The notes under the pieces: generated by a model | The model's database searches: none | Seen by the model: the letters and a program-made list of their open reading frames with translations, nothing else | What the model was told of the DNA's origin: nothing | In this document: positions 25,003 through 36,740 of the stretch, in pieces | Layout: every line of letters begins with the position of its first letter | Numbering within the stretch: the first letter of the stretch is position 1 | Assembly: GCF_020745735.1 (NCBI RefSeq) | Contig: NC_083416.1 | Location: 36,853,131-36,917,130, forward strand | Source: Hemiscyllium ocellatum | Lineage: Eukaryota | Direction: 5' to 3' | DNA length: 64,000 nucleotides | Program-made: the position numbers and the translations under genes

Positions 25003-25476
25003 AAGACTGTTATTTGACATTTAAACACTTCAGGAAGACCATGCATAGCATATCAGCTCCATTACTTTATCCAGAGCAAACTGTTGAATTGGTCAGTTAT
25101 GCTGCAACTTGAACAAAATTTTTGGAAAATGCTTTAGATGGTGTGAAGTAATATCTAGAAATAATGTAAACTATTGCCAAGATGTCAAAATGGTCACATC
25201 AGTCTAAAGCAGAGTCTAATTTGAAGTTTGCTGGTTATTCGTCTTTGTGTTTGATGATCCTGGAGACGTATTAAGAATATGTTTTAGTACTGCTGTCTTG
25301 TTGGTGTACCCCAGTCTTATAAACAAACCAAGATCTGTCAGTCGAAACTTGAGATTTCTGCAAAATAACAGGAACACAGTTTTAACTTTGTAATTCCCAA
25401 GGCTTCACATGCATGAAGACAAAGTTTAAAATCCCCTGCTCAATTGTTTTAAATGTCTTTTTTTTTCTTTTTATAG

Positions 25477-25643
25477 GAATGTTGGGCACAGCAGGTGCTC
25501 TTACCTACGGTTTGATCGCCTTTAAACATGGCAAGACACGACAATCTCAGCTGTTAATGCGAGCACGTATCTTTGCCCAAGGTTTCACTGTTGCTGCTAT
25601 CTTGGTGGGTGTGGTAGCTACCGCAATGAAGCGCAAGGTCTAA
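25477..25643 (+). CDS. HIGD2A: HIGD2A coding exon 2
   Basis: Long T-tract and TAG acceptor; GMLGTAGALTYGLIAFKHGKTRQSQLLMRARIFAQGFTVAAILVG (HIG1 QxxMRxRxxAQ motif); TAA stop; 103 aa in total. Confidence 0.95.
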
Positions 25644-25725
25644 GCAGTTATTCTACTCAATTGGTCTGTGTCCTGGAACATCTGAAACTAACATTGCGAA
25701 ATAGGAGGAATTTTCAATCCTATTT

Positions 25726-26386
25726 AATAAATGAAATATGCAACTGAACTCACTCTAGAAATAATTTCAGCACAAAACATTGATGATTTAAATTTAGGGA
25801 CTTCTCAGTACCAAACATTTCGATGAGTAATACAAACTATGGTATAACTGAATATTTCTGTTGCAAAGGAAACACTCAAAGGGGTGGTAAGCAGAATATA
25901 AAGCAAGATTTGGAGTCCTAGCCCATAAACAAATAAGGTCAGCACTCAGTTTTACACTCTTCTCACCACCCTTTTACATGTGTATTTTTTTTGTCATGCA
26001 CAATTCACATTTGAGATTTTTTTTTGCTCCTCACCTTTGCTGATCTGTGCATAGTATGACTTTGATTCATCTTGTGGGGAACTGCCAGGCTCATTTTTAC
26101 ACGACTGGTGTTTGGTTTTGTCTAAAATTATAAACTTCCTGATGTCAACTTGCTGCACTTTCTAAAAATATCAAAAATGCATAATGTGTGTAAAGGTTGA
26201 AACAAAACAAATTTGTTAATGAGCAACATGTATTTAATCTATCACTGGTGTATGCCTGTGTACTTTTTAAGACACCATATAATGTATATTTTATTAGATC
26301 ATAAAATTCTGCAGTTCATCATATTGAAATGTGCTTCGAAAGTTGTTTTGAAATGGTGTTTGAGACATGCAATGGAAATAATTAAA
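25726..26386 (+). other. HIGD2A: HIGD2A 3' UTR with candidate polyadenylation signals
   Basis: AATAAA at 25726-25731 and ATTAAA at 26381-26386 downstream of the stop codon. Confidence 0.45.
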
Positions 26387-27660
26387 CATTTGTTTACCAT
26401 CTAGAATACAGGACACTCTTATTTCTTATTGCTGTCAAATTTGTTACATATCCTCAATCAATCATTTCAACTGTTTTTGGACATTGAATTTAGGTAGCAT
26501 TCTAAATTTTTTTAAGCAAAACAGAAGATAAAATGATTTCATTAGGGAGAAAATAGCTGGTTTTGTTACTTGCAATAGCCCGTGTAGAACACGCTATCTT
26601 AATTGCAATGTATGCTGTCAAAATTAGTTGGATTTGTTTCTATTTTAACATTAAATGCATTGATGCTAAAATCTAAGTTTATAATTAAACACTTAGCAAG
26701 ACTTGGTTTCATGTGAAGGTTCAAAAATACCTCTTCTGCCAAGACAACATTGCCTGAAACAGTGTCTACAATCACATGACACTTTGAGCCCAGTCTTGTA
26801 GTAACTGAGCAGGACCTGCTAATAGGCCGTTAATCCTTAAAACCAAGGATCATAGTTTAAGAACAAGGAGTAAACCTTTTAGGGTTGAGTGTGTGGTGCT
26901 AGAAAAGTACAACAGATTAAATAACCTAGTCCTGCTCCCACCTTTTGTGTAAACTTACACTTTTGTATAGCAGTAAGAAGCACAAATGTTATGTGGAAAT
27001 CAGACTCTATAGGGTTCAATGACAGTTGCTATGACCCTTTGCTGTAGTAGCAATATTGTACATCTGTCACCAGATTAAAAGTTTAGTTACTGATCACTGA
27101 CTAAAAAGGCGATAAATTTATCCAGTGAGAAGAGTGGATTTGTACAGATGATGATTCAATAGTTACTTGAGTCAAATAATTATGGCACAAGAGGCCATTC
27201 AGTAGCTGCATTGGAACACCTCAAAACCACATCATTCTGATTTAGAATTGAATAGTTACTTGGTCTCTGGTTTAAAATCCTGGAACTTCCTCCTGAGAGT
27301 ACTGTGTATTCTACACCATGGGACTGCAGTGGTTCTCAGAGGACTGATACTTCTAAGGGGAAACTGAGGATGGGTATTATATAATGACTCAGCTAATTGT
27401 GTCCACATCCTGTGAAATCTTACGAAAGCCACTCAGTTTCTCATCCTCCAGTATTATTGTAATCCTTTAATTTTTTTCCATTTGTATAATTATCCAACTC
27501 CCATCTCAAAGGCATGATTGATATAAATTTTCAAGCAATATAGTATCAATTCTAAACATTCACTGTAAAAAAAAAAGCCTGAGGAATGCTGACCAGCTTA
27601 TTATAACTGGATTATTCTCTAAGTAGACTTCACTGGTGTTTCTTGAGCAAGCTGTGTCCA

Positions 27661-28660
27661 AGTTAAAAATCACAACACCAGGTTGTAGTCCAACAGGTTT
27701 ATTTGGAAGCACTAGCTTTTGGAGCGCTGCTCCTTCCTTCCGGTAGCTAGTGGAGCAGGATCATAAGACACAATTTATAGCAAGAGATTCATATCAGCTA
27801 AAATAAACCAAGATTCAATCTTTTACGATGAGTTGTAGGTTTCAGTTTGTTAATATGTAAATCCCAGAACTACTTTTAAGTCACATTTCAGATAACTTGA
27901 GGTTTTTTCAAAAAAAAGGTTAGATCTCAGCTCAGACAATGTATTAAAGGTGTGAGGTTAGAGTCTGTTTGTATCCCAATCTTGAGTCAGACTAGTTCTA
28001 TTTCCAAAGCAGGAATTTACTGCCTGCAGGATGTGCTTTTTTTGATTTGAGCAAAATAGAATGTATCTCCAAATAATTCTGCAAATGCAAATTCACCCCA
28101 TAGACTTGTGTGCGCACACACGTGTGTTTGTATGCTCGGTAAAGTATGATGGAATGAGAGTATGAAGGGTGTTTGTGCTTGTCTGACAGTGTAGAGTGTA
28201 CTGAGGTGACCTTGTACGACATGAACCCAAGGTCCCAGTTGAGGCTATCCTCATGGGTACCAAACTTGGCTATCAGCCTCTACTCTGCCATTCCGTTGTT
28301 GCATCCCATTGTATCAGGGGATGGGACCCTGTGTGAGAACTGCTCAGGCTACGTCAAGGGCATCTTGAAACCCATTGGATAAGGGACCGCCAGCTTCTAT
28401 CGCACCACTACAGATTTCTTGCAGAAACTTAGCATCAGTGGACAAGTTGAACCGGGAACATTGCTCACAGTTGACATTTCGGCAATCTACACCAGCATCA
28501 CCCAGTATGATGGCATTGCTGCAACAGCCTCCGTATGTAATACTAACAACTGCCAATCTGAACACAAACCTACAACTCATCCACTTTATCCTCAATCACA
28601 ATGTTTTCACCTTTGGCAATCAGTTCGACATCCAGACACAAAAGCTATGGGGACTAAACT
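27661..28660. mobile_element. PLE (family A parent) remnants in opposite orientations
   Basis: On -: pLTR 27661-27745 and GIY-YIG C-terminus (RLIAKFGT..LNWD) near 28200-28290. On +: RT fragment PIVSG..TDFLQKL..LTVDISAIYTSI..AMGT at 28300-28660. Confidence 0.8.
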
Positions 28661-29471
28661 TACACTGGAGTAGTAGCCATGGTTCTTGCTCAAGTAATGA
28701 AGTGGAATCAAAATCCATAGAAGGATGACTCAGACCAAAGAGTTCTATCAAATGAGACATCACATTCACAAAAATAAAGTTCCAGCTGCTTGTAAAAGTA
28801 GACTGCAAAAAATGTACTTCCATCAAGTTAAAATATCTTCATAGCCAAAAGACTATATATATGAGATCTAGTTCAGATTAAACAGGTGCAGTTTATATTC
28901 AGCCAAGTTGATTTGTGTAGATAATCTTATCAACTGTAGATTTTTAAAAAAGCAGGATTAATAGGAAGTGTGAAATCTTCCAAATTAATTGGTGGAAGTG
29001 CTCTACATGTTTAACTGCTCCAAGTATAAATAATTGATATAAACAACTGATGCAGTAAATGAAAAATGAAACCATGGAAAAATGAACAGCGCTTGTGTGG
29101 TGGTCATGTTACTGATCTTCCATTTGCTACAGTAATCATATAATCAAGAAACCAAATCTCAACATGGGTGCTTAAATTGAATAAATGCTTGATAAACTGG
29201 ACATAAATTTGTTATATTGTTAGGTCTGTGATTAAACCAGTCACAAGCCGGGAAGGGTAAGTTTTCTCCACTTAAAAAAGGGGACTTACCTTGGGGGTCA
29301 GGCCTTCATTTTTACAGAGTGGTGAGGAGAAAGGGTGGAGAACTGCTAGGAAGGAAGAGCGCGAGAACTGTTTTTAAAGGAGCAGCTGAGAGACCACAGC
29401 AAGGAGCAGAGGGCTGCAAATGTGTTGCTGGTCAAAGCACAGCAGGTTAGGCAGCATCTCAGGAATAGAGA

Positions 29472-29507
29472 ATTCGACGTTTCGAGCATAAGCCCTTCAT
29501 CAGGAAT
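29472..29507 (-). ncRNA. Minimal type I hammerhead ribozyme
   Basis: Mirror image of 31014-31049 in the left arm; lies on the coding strand of the PLE. Confidence 0.85.
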
Positions 29508-31013
29508 AAGAGAGAGAGAGCCAAGCAGGCTGAGATAAAAGGTAGGGAGGAGGGACTAGGGGGAGGGGCGATGGAGGTGGGATAGGTGGAAGGAGGTCAA
29601 GGTGAGGGTGATAGGCCGGAGTGGAGTGGGGGCGGAGAGGTCAGGAAGAGGATTGCAGGTTAGGAGGGCGGTGCTGAGTTGAGGGAACCGACTGAGACAA
29701 GGTGGGGGGAGGGGAAATGAGGAAGCTGGAGAAATCTGAATTCATACCTTGTGGTTGGAGGGTTCCCAGGCGGAAGATGAGGCGCTCCTCCTCCAGCCGT
29801 CGTGTAGTTGTGTTCTGCCGGTGGAGGAGTCCAAGGACCTGCATGTCCTCGGTGGAGTGGGAGGGGGAGTTAAAGTGTTGAGCCACGGGGTGATTGGGTT
29901 GGTTGGTTCGGGCGGCCCAGAGGTGTTCTCTGAAGCGTTCCGCAAGTAAGCGGCCTGTCTCACCAATATAGAGGAGGCCACATCGGGTGCAGCGGATGCA
30001 ATAGATGATGTGTGTGGAGGTACAGGTGAACTTGTGGCGGATATGGAAGGATCCCTTGGGGCCTTGGAGGGAAGTGAGTGTGGAGGTGTGGGCGCAAGTT
30101 TTACATTTCCTGCGGTTGCAGGGGAAGGTGCCGGGGGTGGAGGTTGGGTTGGTGGGGGGTGTGGATCTGACAAGGGAGTCACGAAGGGAGTGGTCCTTGC
30201 GGAACGCTGATAGGGGAGGGGAGGGAAATATATCCTTGGTGGTGGGGTCCGTTTGGAGGTGGCGGAAATGGCGGCGGATAATACGTTGTATGCGCAGGTT
30301 GGTGGGGTGGTAGGTGAGAACCAGTGGGGTTCTGTCTTGGTGGCGGTTGGAGGAGCGGGGCTCAAGGGCGGAGGAGCGGGAAGTGGAGGAGATGCGGTGG
30401 AGGGCATCGTCGATCACGTCTGGGGGGAATCTGCGGTCCTTGAAGAAGGAGGCCATCTGGGTTGTGCGGTGTTGGAATTGGTCCTCCTGGGAGCAGATGC
30501 GGCGGAGACGAAGGAATTGGGAATATGGGATGGCGTTTTTACAGGGGGCAGGGTGGGAGGAGGTGTAGTCCAGGTAGCTGTGGGAGTCAGTCGGTTTATA
30601 ATAGATGTCTGTGTTGAGTCGGTCGCCCGAGATAGAAATGGAAAGGTCTAGGAAGGGGAGGGAGGAGTCTGAGACAGTCCAGGTGAATTTCAGGTCGGGA
30701 TGGAAGGTGTTAGTAAAGTTGATGAACTGTTCAACCTCCTCGTGGTTCCGCCTGGGAACCCTCCAACCACAAGGTATGAATTCAGATTTCTCCAGCTTCC
30801 TCATTTCCCCTCCCCCCACCTTGTCTCAGTCGGTTCCCTCAACTCAGCACCGCCCTCCTAACCTGCAATCCTCTTCCTGACCTCTCCGCCCCCACTCCAC
30901 TCCGGCCTATCACCCTCACCTTGACCTCCTTCCACCTATCCCACCTCCATCGCCCCTCCCCCTAGTCCCTCCTCCCTACCTTTTATCTCAGCCTGCTTGG
31001 CTCTCTCTCTCTT

Positions 31014-31049
31014 ATTCCTGATGAAGGGCTTATGCTCGAAACGTCGAAT
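31014..31049 (+). ncRNA. Minimal type I hammerhead ribozyme
   Basis: attc-CTGATGA-a-gggc(ttat)gctc-GAAA-C-GTC-gaat: stem I attc/gaat, 4-bp stem II, palindromic ACGT in place of stem III, GUC cleavage triplet. Confidence 0.85.
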
Positions 31050-31164
31050 TCTCTATTCCTGAGATGCTGCCTAACCTGCTGTGCTTTGACCAGCAACACA
31101 TTTGCAGCTGTGATCTCCAGCATCTGCAGACCTCATTTTTTACTTACAAGGAGCAGAGGGCTGC

Positions 31165-33560
31165 CAGGTACGTATTTGGCAGCAGCTGACTCCTGAGAAT
31201 AATGTCCCCCACCCATCCCTTCCTCTAACCAGAAACGACTCTTGTTAAGGTAAGGTATTTCAATTGATATTTCTTGTATGTTGTCTGATTGATTAAAAAT
31301 TTACTGTTAGTTGGTTAGTTGAATAAGACCTACAAGTACTAGAAATTATGACTCAGATTTGTATAAAATTAAATAAGTAGAGATGGCTGGACAGGTGATG
31401 TGCTGTATGATGTGGGACTGGCTGATCCCATTGTCAGCGGCAGTGACCACATCTGTAGCAAATGTTGGTTGCTGAAAGAACTCCAGATCAGAATTGATGA
31501 TCTGCAATCTGAGCTTCAAACACTGCTGCACATCTGGGGGTAGGGCGGAGAAAGAATTACCGGGACACTTTGTTTCAAGAGGCAGTCACATCCGGTAGTA
31601 ATCCAAATTCAGTAAATAAGTGATCAGCGACCACAGTGTGTGACTGTAAGTGAGGCAGGTAGTGGGATTCTGAGTTCAGGAGTGGACCTTGACCTTGTCC
31701 TTTTTGCTCCTTATATGGATGAGGACAAGGGTTGTGGAGACAGGATGGGCCAGCTGACCACGGCACCATGTGCAGAAAGCCATTCAAAAGAGGGGAACAA
31801 AAATCAAGTAATTGTTATAGGCGATTCTATGATTAGGGGGACAATTTAGTATCCTTTGCAAGCCCGATCAGGAGTCCCACATCATGTGTTGCCTGTCTGG
31901 TGCCAGGGTGCAGGGTATCTCCGACTGGCTTGAAAGGTTATTGGAGCGGGACAGAGAAGATCCAGTTGGAGTGGTCCACATTGGTACTAACATAGGCAAG
32001 GCTAGGAAGCAAGACCTGTCTGGGGATCATCCAGCACTAAGAAAGAAATTGACAAACAGGTCCTCAAGGGTCATAATCTTTGGATTACTGTCCAAGCCAT
32101 GTGCAAATTAGTGTAGGGATATGAAAATTAGGGAAGTAAAAATGTGGCTAAGGGATTGGTGTGGAAAGAGGGATTACATTTTCATTGGCATCAGTTTTGG
32201 AACCAGGCGATCTGTACCGATGGTTCAGGTGGAGACCGTCCCAATCTGGAATCAGTGTTCTAGCGAAAAGGCTAAATAGCGTGGTCGCTAGGACTTTAAA
32301 CTTCTGAGTCGTGGGGGGGTGGTGGTGGGGGTTGGGAGGAAAGGGAAAAGGAAAGTGACGGAGTCCGGTAGAAAGATACACTGCAGGTTAGTGTGTGTGG
32401 AGGGTTTAAGTTCAAGACAGACTAGGGATGAAGCAAAAAGAATGGATAACTTAGGACATATTACTAGAGAGACTAGACGTTGGCTAATGTGATGCCACTG
32501 TTTGAGAAGGGTGGTATCGACAAGCCAGGGAAATATAGACCAATGAGCCTGACCTTGGTGGTGGGCAAGTTGTAGGAGGGAACCCCTAGGGTGAGGATGT
32601 ACATGTATTATGAAAGGCAAGGACTGATTAGGGATAGTCAACACTGCTTAGTGTGTGGGAAATCATGTCTCACAAACTTGATTTGAGTTTTTTGAAAAAG
32701 TAACAAAGAGGATTGATGAGGGTAGAGCAGTAGATGTGATCTATTTGGACTTCAGTAAGCTGTTTGACAAGGTTCCCCATGGGAAAGTGGTTAGCAAGGT
32801 TAGATCTCATAGAATACAGGGAGAACTAGCTATTTGGATACAGAACTGGCTCAAAGGTAGAAGACAGAGGGTGGTGGTGAAGGGTTGTTTTTCAGACTGG
32901 AGCCTGTGACCAGTGGAGTGCCACAAGGATCGGTGCTGGGTCCTCTACTTTTTTGTCATTTATGTAAATGTTTGGATGCGAACATAGGAGGTATAATTAG
33001 TAGATTTGCAGATGACACCAAAATTGGAGGTGTAGTGGACAGCGAAGAGGATTACCTCAGATTACAACAGGATCTCGACCAGATGGGCTAATAAGTGGCA
33101 GATGGAGTTTAATTCCGATAAATGTGAGGTGCTGCATTTTGGGAAAGCAAATCTTAGTAGGACTTATACACTTAATGGTACGATCCTAGGGAGTATTGCT
33201 GAACAAAGAGACCTTGGAGTGCTGATTCATAGTTCCTTGAAAGTCGAGTTGCAGGTAGATAGGACAGTGAAGAAGGTATGCTTTCTTTTATTAGTCAGAG
33301 CATTGAGTACAGGAGTTGGGAGGTCATGTTGCGGCTGTATAGGACATTGGTTAGGCCACTGTTGGAACATTTGCGTGCAATTCTGGACTCCTTCTTATTG
33401 GAACGATGTTGTGAAACTTGAAAGGGTTCAGAAAAAAAAATTACAAGGATGTTGCCAGGGTTGGAGGATTTGAGCTATGGGGAGAGGCTGAACAGGCTAG
33501 GGCTATTTTCCCTGGAACATCTGAGGCTGACGTTATAGAGGTTTACAAAATTGAGGGGCA
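31165..33560 (+). mobile_element. CR1 LINE with ORF1 remnants (zinc finger + SGNH esterase) and internally deleted ORF2
   Basis: HICSKC, VIVIGDSMIRG, CCLSGARV and VVHIGTN motifs; RT DFSKLFDKVPH, RFADDTK. Its 5' end (~29300-29400) is split off by the PLE. Confidence 0.85.
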
Positions 33561-33561
33561 T

Positions 33562-33833
33562 GATTAGATTACTTACAGTGTGGAAACAAGCCCTTCGGCC
33601 CAACAAGTCCACACCGACCCGCTGAAGCGCAACCCACCCATACCCCTACATTTACCCCTTACCTAACACTATGGGCAATTTAGTATGGCCAATTCACCTG
33701 ACCCGCACATCTTTGGACTGTGGGAGGAAACCCACGCAGACACGGGGAGAACGTGCAAACTCCACACAGTCAGTCGCCTGAGTCAGGAATTGAACCCGGG
33801 TCTCAGGCGCTGTGAGGCAGCAGTGCTAACCAC
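33562..33833 (-). mobile_element. HE1-like V-SINE
   Basis: Reverse tRNA-like head, V-domain and (AATCT)n tail. Confidence 0.9.
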
Positions 33834-33834
33834 T

Positions 33835-34740
33835 TCTGTTCTAATGTTTCTGCAGAGATTTTGCTGATTGTCACTAAAATCATGATTATTATTGAACTGT
33901 TCCATTATTCATTGACTTCTTAAATTATTGATCGGTCATTCTGGAATTGTCTGCATTGAGCGTCAATGGGTTTGTGGGCTAACATGATGCCAAGGGGTCT
34001 GAATAGTCTAGCAGTCATGTGAGATATCTCTGATGTAGGGGAGAGTGGCTAGGGTTTTCGGATGCCTTTTGTCTGCTGGTTCGGTTTCATTGCTGAGAAA
34101 TCTGCAGACTATGTTCATTGTATTCAAAAAGAATGGGTACCCACTGTACAAGTGATTTTTTTTTCCTCTGCTCTGCATAGTTCCTCTGTGCTGCAGCGTA
34201 TGGTGGCTCGTCAGAAAAATGTTCTGATGCAGCTTCATTTGTGGATGTTGGGGTGATTACTTCTGTAGTTCAATGTTTGATCGTATGTGTTATTTTCCTG
34301 TAGATGCTGGTTTGAGGTTCCCCATTGGCTGTTCGCTCTACTGTGACATCTAGGCATGGCAGTTTGTTGTTGTTGTTTTCCTCCTCTTTAGTGAATTTTA
34401 TGCCAGTAAGGGTGTTATTAGTAGTCTTGAAGGTTTCCTCAGATTTGTTGGTCAGCATGGACAGGTTAGACCGAAGGGTCTGTTTCCATGCTGTACATCA
34501 CTATGATTCTAGAGAAGACAAAGTTTGGGTTGGACGGTTGGCAGAAGTATTTGTTCGAGCCTCTCATTAGTGTCTCTGCTAAGAACCCTGATATCGGAGA
34601 TCCCATGGGTGTTCCGTTGGTTTGTCTGTAGGTTGTGTTGTTGAAGGTGAAGTGGGTGGTAAGGCATAGGTCCAGTCGCTTGACGATACTGTTCTTGCTG
34701 ATGAAGTTGGTGGTGTTTGGTGTATGCGTCTTTGGGTCTT
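33835..34740 (-). mobile_element. Penelope/Poseidon-type PLE remnant with a small CR1-tail insert (~34450-34510)
   Basis: GTPMGSPISG, IKFTKEEE..LPCLDV and LATLPYI motifs. Confidence 0.85.
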
Positions 34741-35700
34741 GATCCCACACCTTTGCCCTCGGACCCCAGCCCTCCAACCATAACAAGGACAGAACCCCCC
34801 TGGTGCTCACTTTCCACCCTACCAACCTTCGCATAAACTAAATCATCCGACGACATTTCCGCCACCTCCAAACGGACCCCACCACCAGGGATATATTTCG
34901 CTTTCCACAAAGACCATTCCCTTCGTGACTACCTGGTCAGGTTCCCCCCCCCCCCCGCAACAACCCACCTTCCGTCCTGGTACCTTCCCCTGCCACCAAA
35001 TTGTAAAACCTGCGTCCACACCTCCTCCCTCACCTCCATCCAAGGCCCTAAAGGAGCCTTCCACATCCAAAGTTTTACCATCAATATAATTTATTGTATC
35101 CGTTGCTCCCGATGCATCTCCTCTACATTGGGGAGACTGGATGCCTCCTAGCAGAGCGCTTTAGGGAACATCTCTGGGACACCCACACCAATCAACCACA
35201 CCGCCCTGTGGCCCAACATTTCAACTCCCCCTCCCACTCAGCCCTGGGCCTGCTCCACCGCCGCTCCCTCACTACCCGATGCCTGGAGGAAGAACGCCTC
35301 ATCTTCCGCCTCGGAACACTTCAACCCCAGGGCATCAATGTGGACTTCACCGGTTTCCTCATTTCCCCTTCCCCCACTTCACCCCAGCTCCAAACTTCCA
35401 GCTCAGCACTATCCCCATGACTTGTCCTACCTGCCTATCTTCCTTTCCACCTATCCACTCCACCCTCCTCCCTGACCGATCACCTCCATCCCCACCCCCA
35501 TTCACCCTTTGTACTCTTTGCTACTTTCTCCCCACCCTCCTCTATCTCTCCATCCTTCAGGCTCTCTGCCTGTATTCCTGATGAAGGGCTTTTGCCTGAA
35601 ATGTCAATTTTCTGCTCCTCAGACGCTGCCTGAACTGCTGTGCTTTTCCAACACCTCTCTAATCTAGACTCTGTTTACAGCATCTGTTGTTTTTAACTAG
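34741..35700 (+). mobile_element. Neptune-type PLE 3' part with pLTR and hammerhead
   Basis: LYIGETG..RFREHL..EEERLIFRLGTLQPQG; hammerhead CTGATGA..GAAATGTC at 35578-35605. Confidence 0.88.
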
Positions 35701-35759
35701 TCTTCTAATAGTGTAGTCAGTGTTCCCTTGGCCAGGTTGACTTTGATGTGAACAGGGCT

Positions 35760-36080
35760 GTTACATGAACTTACCAACAAGTGGCAAAAGACCCAACTCC
35801 ACAACTAGAGAACAGGATCACAGCCCTACTCAAAAAACTTCCGAAATCTGGAGAAATAAATAAGACCAACTTCTAAAAATTGCAACCAGACAGATCCAAC
35901 ACACCACGCTTCTATAAATTACCTAAAATTAGCAAATCAGGAGCACCCCCCCCCCCCCCCCAGATTGGCCATGGAGCTACCCAAAAACTAAAATACTTAG
36001 AAGACTCACACCAGTCCACCCAAGAATTCCTTAAGACCATCAAAGACACTAAGAAGAGGATGAAATAATGGTTCCTTTGT
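35760..36080 (+). mobile_element. Penelope RT N-terminal fragment
   Basis: NTPRFYKLPKISK..STQEFLKTI. Confidence 0.7.
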
Positions 36081-36084
36081 ATTT

Positions 36085-36740
36085 CAGGACTATTTTCTAA
36101 ACTGTCAGAAAATTCATACAGTCAAAGTCTGGGAGTTCTAGTCCAGGATTCTGTAAAGCCTCTGAGACTTTGAAGCTCTAGCTAGGCCCCGTTTAGAATA
36201 CTGTGTCCAATTTTGGGCCCCATGCCTCAGGAAGGGCATTCTGGCCCTGGAGCATGTCCAGCAGAGATTCACATGGATGATCCCTGGAATGTTAAGCCTA
36301 ACATACAATAAATGGCTGAGGATCCTGGAATTGTATTCATTAGAGTTTAGAAGGTTGAGAGGAGACCTAACAGCAACTTACAAGGTAATACATGGCTAAC
36401 AAAAGGTGGATGCTGGGATGTTGTTTCCATTAGGCGGGGAGACTAGGACCTGAGGGCATAGCCTTTGAGTTAGAGAGGGTCAATTTAGAACGGAATTGAG
36501 GAGACGTTTCTTCAGCCAGAAAGTGGTGGGCCTGTGGAATTTATTGCCACGGAGCGTAGGGGAGGCCGTAGTGTTAAAAGGCAGAGATTGATAAATTCTT
36601 GATCTCGCAAGGAATTAAGGGCTATGGGGAGAGTGTGGGTCAGTGGAGTTGAAATGTCCATCAGCCATTATTAAATGGCAGAGTGGATTCAATGGGCCAA
36701 ATGGCCTTACTTCCATACCAATGTTTTGTGCTCTTAAAGA
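36085..36740 (+). mobile_element. CR1-clade LINE 3' end
   Basis: RPRLEYCVQFWAP, RRLRGDL and TRT.GH-like motifs. Confidence 0.75.

Larger units (their letters stand above)
29418..31146 (-). mobile_element. Young Neptune-type PLE, 5'-truncated, with perfect inverted pLTRs
   Basis: Uninterrupted ORF: RT thumb (LPFLDL..IYYKPTD), Cys finger (PCNRRKCKTC) and GIY-YIG (IIYCIRC..LYIGETGR). 363-bp inverted arms 29413-29775 / 30746-31108; TSD CAAGGAGCAGAGGGCTGC (29400-29417 / 31147-31164). Confidence 0.95.

Noticed and set aside
30746-30819. N-terminus (MGGGEMRKLEK...) of the 392-aa ORF as the start of a novel protein
   Set aside because: It is the antisense reading of the inverted pLTR arm fused to the truncated PLE ORF; real PLE coding sequence starts at about HEEVEQF.
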